This document shows, in pieces, positions 60,883 through 64,000 of a stretch of DNA of 64,000 nucleotides. The position numbers and the translations under genes are program-made. Numbering within the stretch: the stretch's first letter is position 1; each line of letters opens with the position of its first letter. The notes under the pieces were generated by a model, which was not told the origin of the DNA, ran no database searches, and saw only the letters and a program-made list of their open reading frames with translations. The stretch comes from Lingula anatina (Eukaryota > Animalia > Brachiopoda), in the NCBI GenBank assembly GCA_051362555.1, contig CM120644.1, positions 17,320,534-17,384,533 on the forward strand, written 5' to 3'.

Positions 60883-63188
60883 TCGTTAAATGATTCGTGT
60901 AATTGAAACAGTGACGGGAAATTAATAGCGTTCCTTGCAACCGTTTAATATTCCAGCTGTTTTTATTTGTGGAGTGTCACAATTTAGTGTGCAGACGATT
61001 TACATGTAAACACGTGACGCGGTGGCTTTCGTCTTGTACATGAACTTGTACTCTTTTTTAATTGGACTCATAGTTAGGTATCTAAATTCTATTAAATTGC
61101 AAGGGATTAAAGCTGGAATTCTAATATATAGCATCCTAAACCATTAAGATTTAACTGACTTTTTTATTTGCACATTCATTTAATGACATAAATATATATT
61201 TTGAATAATGGGTAATTTTGACATTGTTTTTAATTTATAATATCCATCTGGACTGGCTATACAGAAAAACCCACTACCCTCTTATATTTTATGTTCCAAT
61301 ATAATTAAAAATTAACCTTTGAATATGTTGAATGAGAAAACATCATACGGCAATCTGTGCTAAAAATTCCATTTATAAATTTATACACACCTAAAAAGAA
61401 AATAAAAGCCTACAAATTCAAAGAAAAAGAGTGCTTTTTTAAACGCATAAACGTAATTTGTAAAAGTACTGAGGACGTTGATTGCTTTTTCTACCAATAA
61501 GAATCCCCACATATGCACATCATTAACGCTGAATTTCCTACAGAAAAAAACCCGAACCGGTTCCGAAGTCAAATTGTGAATTGCGATTATTCATTTAACT
61601 ATGTCAAAAGTTGTCAAGTTATTTTCTTGTAAGATGAACTTCGTTAAAAGCTGGAACAATATCAGCTTTCATATCATATTTAAAACCACATACTTCAAAA
61701 TCCAAATTATGAACGTATACTAATGACGTAATAAGTGTTTTGAAAGAAATTCCTTTACCACAACCAGACATACCCTGTAATTACTATGTCTTGTACTCCG
61801 ACCGCCCTGGAAAAACTTGTTGTTGTTAGTTTTAAACAGTTTTTATGGCCTATTGACAACATTGTTAAATAATAAGTGTAAATTATGGCGATATATATAA
61901 AATTCAATTCAAAACATAACTGATTATGATAATAAACGTATGGAACGTTTGAATTCCTCAGTGGCGACAAATACTGATTGGACGTTTTGCAATACCACGA
62001 CACCTTCCGTAGATAGTGACTTCTCTTTGGGAAAGTCCATGTGCTCCATTTCAAATGTATGCTTAAATACTAGTATTGTTAACATCACTGTTAAGGCAAT
62101 CATTACCCATCGAAGGCTTCGCTTAAACCAGCGCGAACGGTGCAAGTACCTCAGCTCGTTAGTCTAAGTGTGCGCCGGCCTGTAGATGAATAAATCTCCT
62201 AATGAGTTTCACCTTATGAGGCTAATGTTTTCAGCTTGTTGTTTTACCCCATACCCTCACTTCAAAGTCTCAAGTTTGTTATTACGAAAATACTACGGCA
62301 CAGTTCAAATAGCTTCAAGCCACGGATGCATTACAAATTGAATCCCTCGTACGATTCACACATATGACGTCGGGAAAATGTTTATATGCGTTTCGCGTTA
62401 AAGATTAATATTTTCACTGCTGAATGGTTTAACCTTATGATATTGCCTACACCAACACCAACATATCAGAGCGCGGATATTTCCGGCACTTCAGCGAGTC
62501 AGAGCATCTTGAAATAACGGGGCCACTCTGCCTATCCTTAGAACGCTCCAATGACTGTATCACATGAAAACATATCACAAATACGCAATTTCCACTTCTC
62601 TGAACATTCCTAAATGTAGTTCTTCATGGTGAAGAAATATGAGCATTGCATTTGAGATATGATGGTATTCTCCTCATGACCTTAAGTGGGCTTGCTCATA
62701 CTCATAATGGTAACAGCTTATATTCCTCCTCGTTTTGAAATCCTATACAGTAAAGTATATCTTGTTATACTCTCATTATAAGACAATATCAGTTTTTCGA
62801 ATTTTGTGAATAAGATAAGTGCGATTCAAGATATACAGTTTATTTTTTTATCTAACATTCGTCAAAGTCGTCAGCTGTTTTTCTGGACTGACTTTCCTAT
62901 CTGAAGTCAGCTGGTCAAGAGTGAATCTTCTTTTTCTTTATCTTGTAACATTTTGCAGACCGCTGCAGATTCCATTTGGACCGAACCTTTTTTTAATTCT
63001 CTGGTTTCATTGATATTGTTATGACACCCCCGCACAAAAGATAATGAATTATGCCTTAATAAACGAATGAAACAGTTGATTAATCGAATGCGTAAAATTC
63101 GCAGAGTACGCGTAAATGAGAGTTTATGGCCGCCTTGGATATTTGTTGGTGTAGCACCAACGAAATGGATATGTCATCACAGCACTTT

Positions 63189-63500
63189 CTATACATCTCC
63201 ACCAGATTCTTTCTCAGCTTCAATTGTCATAGAAAACATTTGTAACACAACCCTGGTCGTCACAATCAAGAGCACCGCCAGCACCACGATGAGTATAATC
63301 AGTCTGATTTGTTGAAATTCATCTAATTCCAGTCCATAATCCGCTACGTCCGTTGTGACGTCATCAGTGACGTTCAGTCCCTCACCGGATTTAGAATTTG
63401 TGACGTTTAATGTGGAGTTGACGTAGTCTGACCACCATGTGACGTCATCTGCGGAACCGTTTCCTTTAGTTACAGTCGCTGGTAGACTTAAAACTCCCAT
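63189..63500 (-). CDS. Small single-pass membrane protein (103 aa) with N-glycosylation sequons and no signal peptide
   Basis: ATG in AAAATGG context; sequons NGS, NST, NVT, NVT; one strong TM (IRLIILIVVLAVLLIVTTRVVL); short acidic tail; GC content above the flanks. Confidence 0.6.
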   Translation of the reverse strand: MGVLSLPATVTKGNGSADDVTWWSDYVNSTLNVTNSKSGEGLNVTDDVTTDVADYGLELDEFQQIRLIILIVVLAVLLIVTTRVVLQMFSMTIEAEKESGGDV

Positions 63501-64000
63501 TTTGTTAATATTTCTTCACCGATTTCGGCAGGATTATGGATAAAAGGTCAACAACACTTAAGTTGATTGCACTGTTTGTCCTCAGAACAGGGTAGACTGA
63601 AACTTGATATGATTCGATCTCCTTTTCATATACATATTATGTTTTAAAATAAGTTAATCTGTCTGTAATAAAATAATCCATGGATGAATTGGCATTTGGA
63701 CCAATTCCATAACATCACTTCCCGGAGCGTTGCTTAACAATGCTTTCACTGAAAGACGATGGGTTTTCCACGAATTGCCATTAACATAAAAGGCAGACTA
63801 GTCACGTTGCTTGGGATCCAGACTCTCAGACGTTCGATGAAGGACAAACAAGCAATTTGAAAAGCGTCTGTCCCCCACGAGGTGCAGCAGGCGCTTCCTC
63901 ATGTGGTGTAAAATACTCAGCTGCTATAAATATGCGGGGAAATAAGAAATATAAACCGTGTTCTTCAATTAAGAGTCTAACAGGTGTAGTATTCCTTTCC

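Overview
AT-rich, intron-rich eukaryotic (invertebrate animal, most likely lophotrochozoan/molluscan; host inferred, not shown) genomic DNA. Manual splicing of GT-AG exons gives: (1) + strand, an AIG1/GIMAP immune-type GTPase fused in-frame to a Hedgehog-type Hint (Hog) autoprocessing domain (main exon 2310-3683), which is the most unusual item; (2) - strand, a 14-exon, 778-aa neprilysin/ECE (M13)-like type II membrane protein with intact frame but lost catalytic residues; (3) - strand, a 22-exon, ~941-aa DCX-DCX-HELP-WD40 (DCX-EMAP/EML-like) gene containing a U12 minor intron and three duplications/minisatellites that span splice sites, including a ~29x48-bp array that repeats an in-frame 5' splice site; (4) - strand, a 7-exon, 606-aa divergent non-alpha Cys-loop (nAChR-like) subunit with a mucin-like N-terminal stalk; (5) a 103-aa single-pass membrane microprotein ORF. 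Introns and intergenic DNA carry several non-autonomous DNA-transposon families (Academ-like, Harbinger-like, Kolobok-like, CAGG-terminated MITEs), hairpins, minisatellites and microsatellites. All exon coordinates were read by eye without transcript data.
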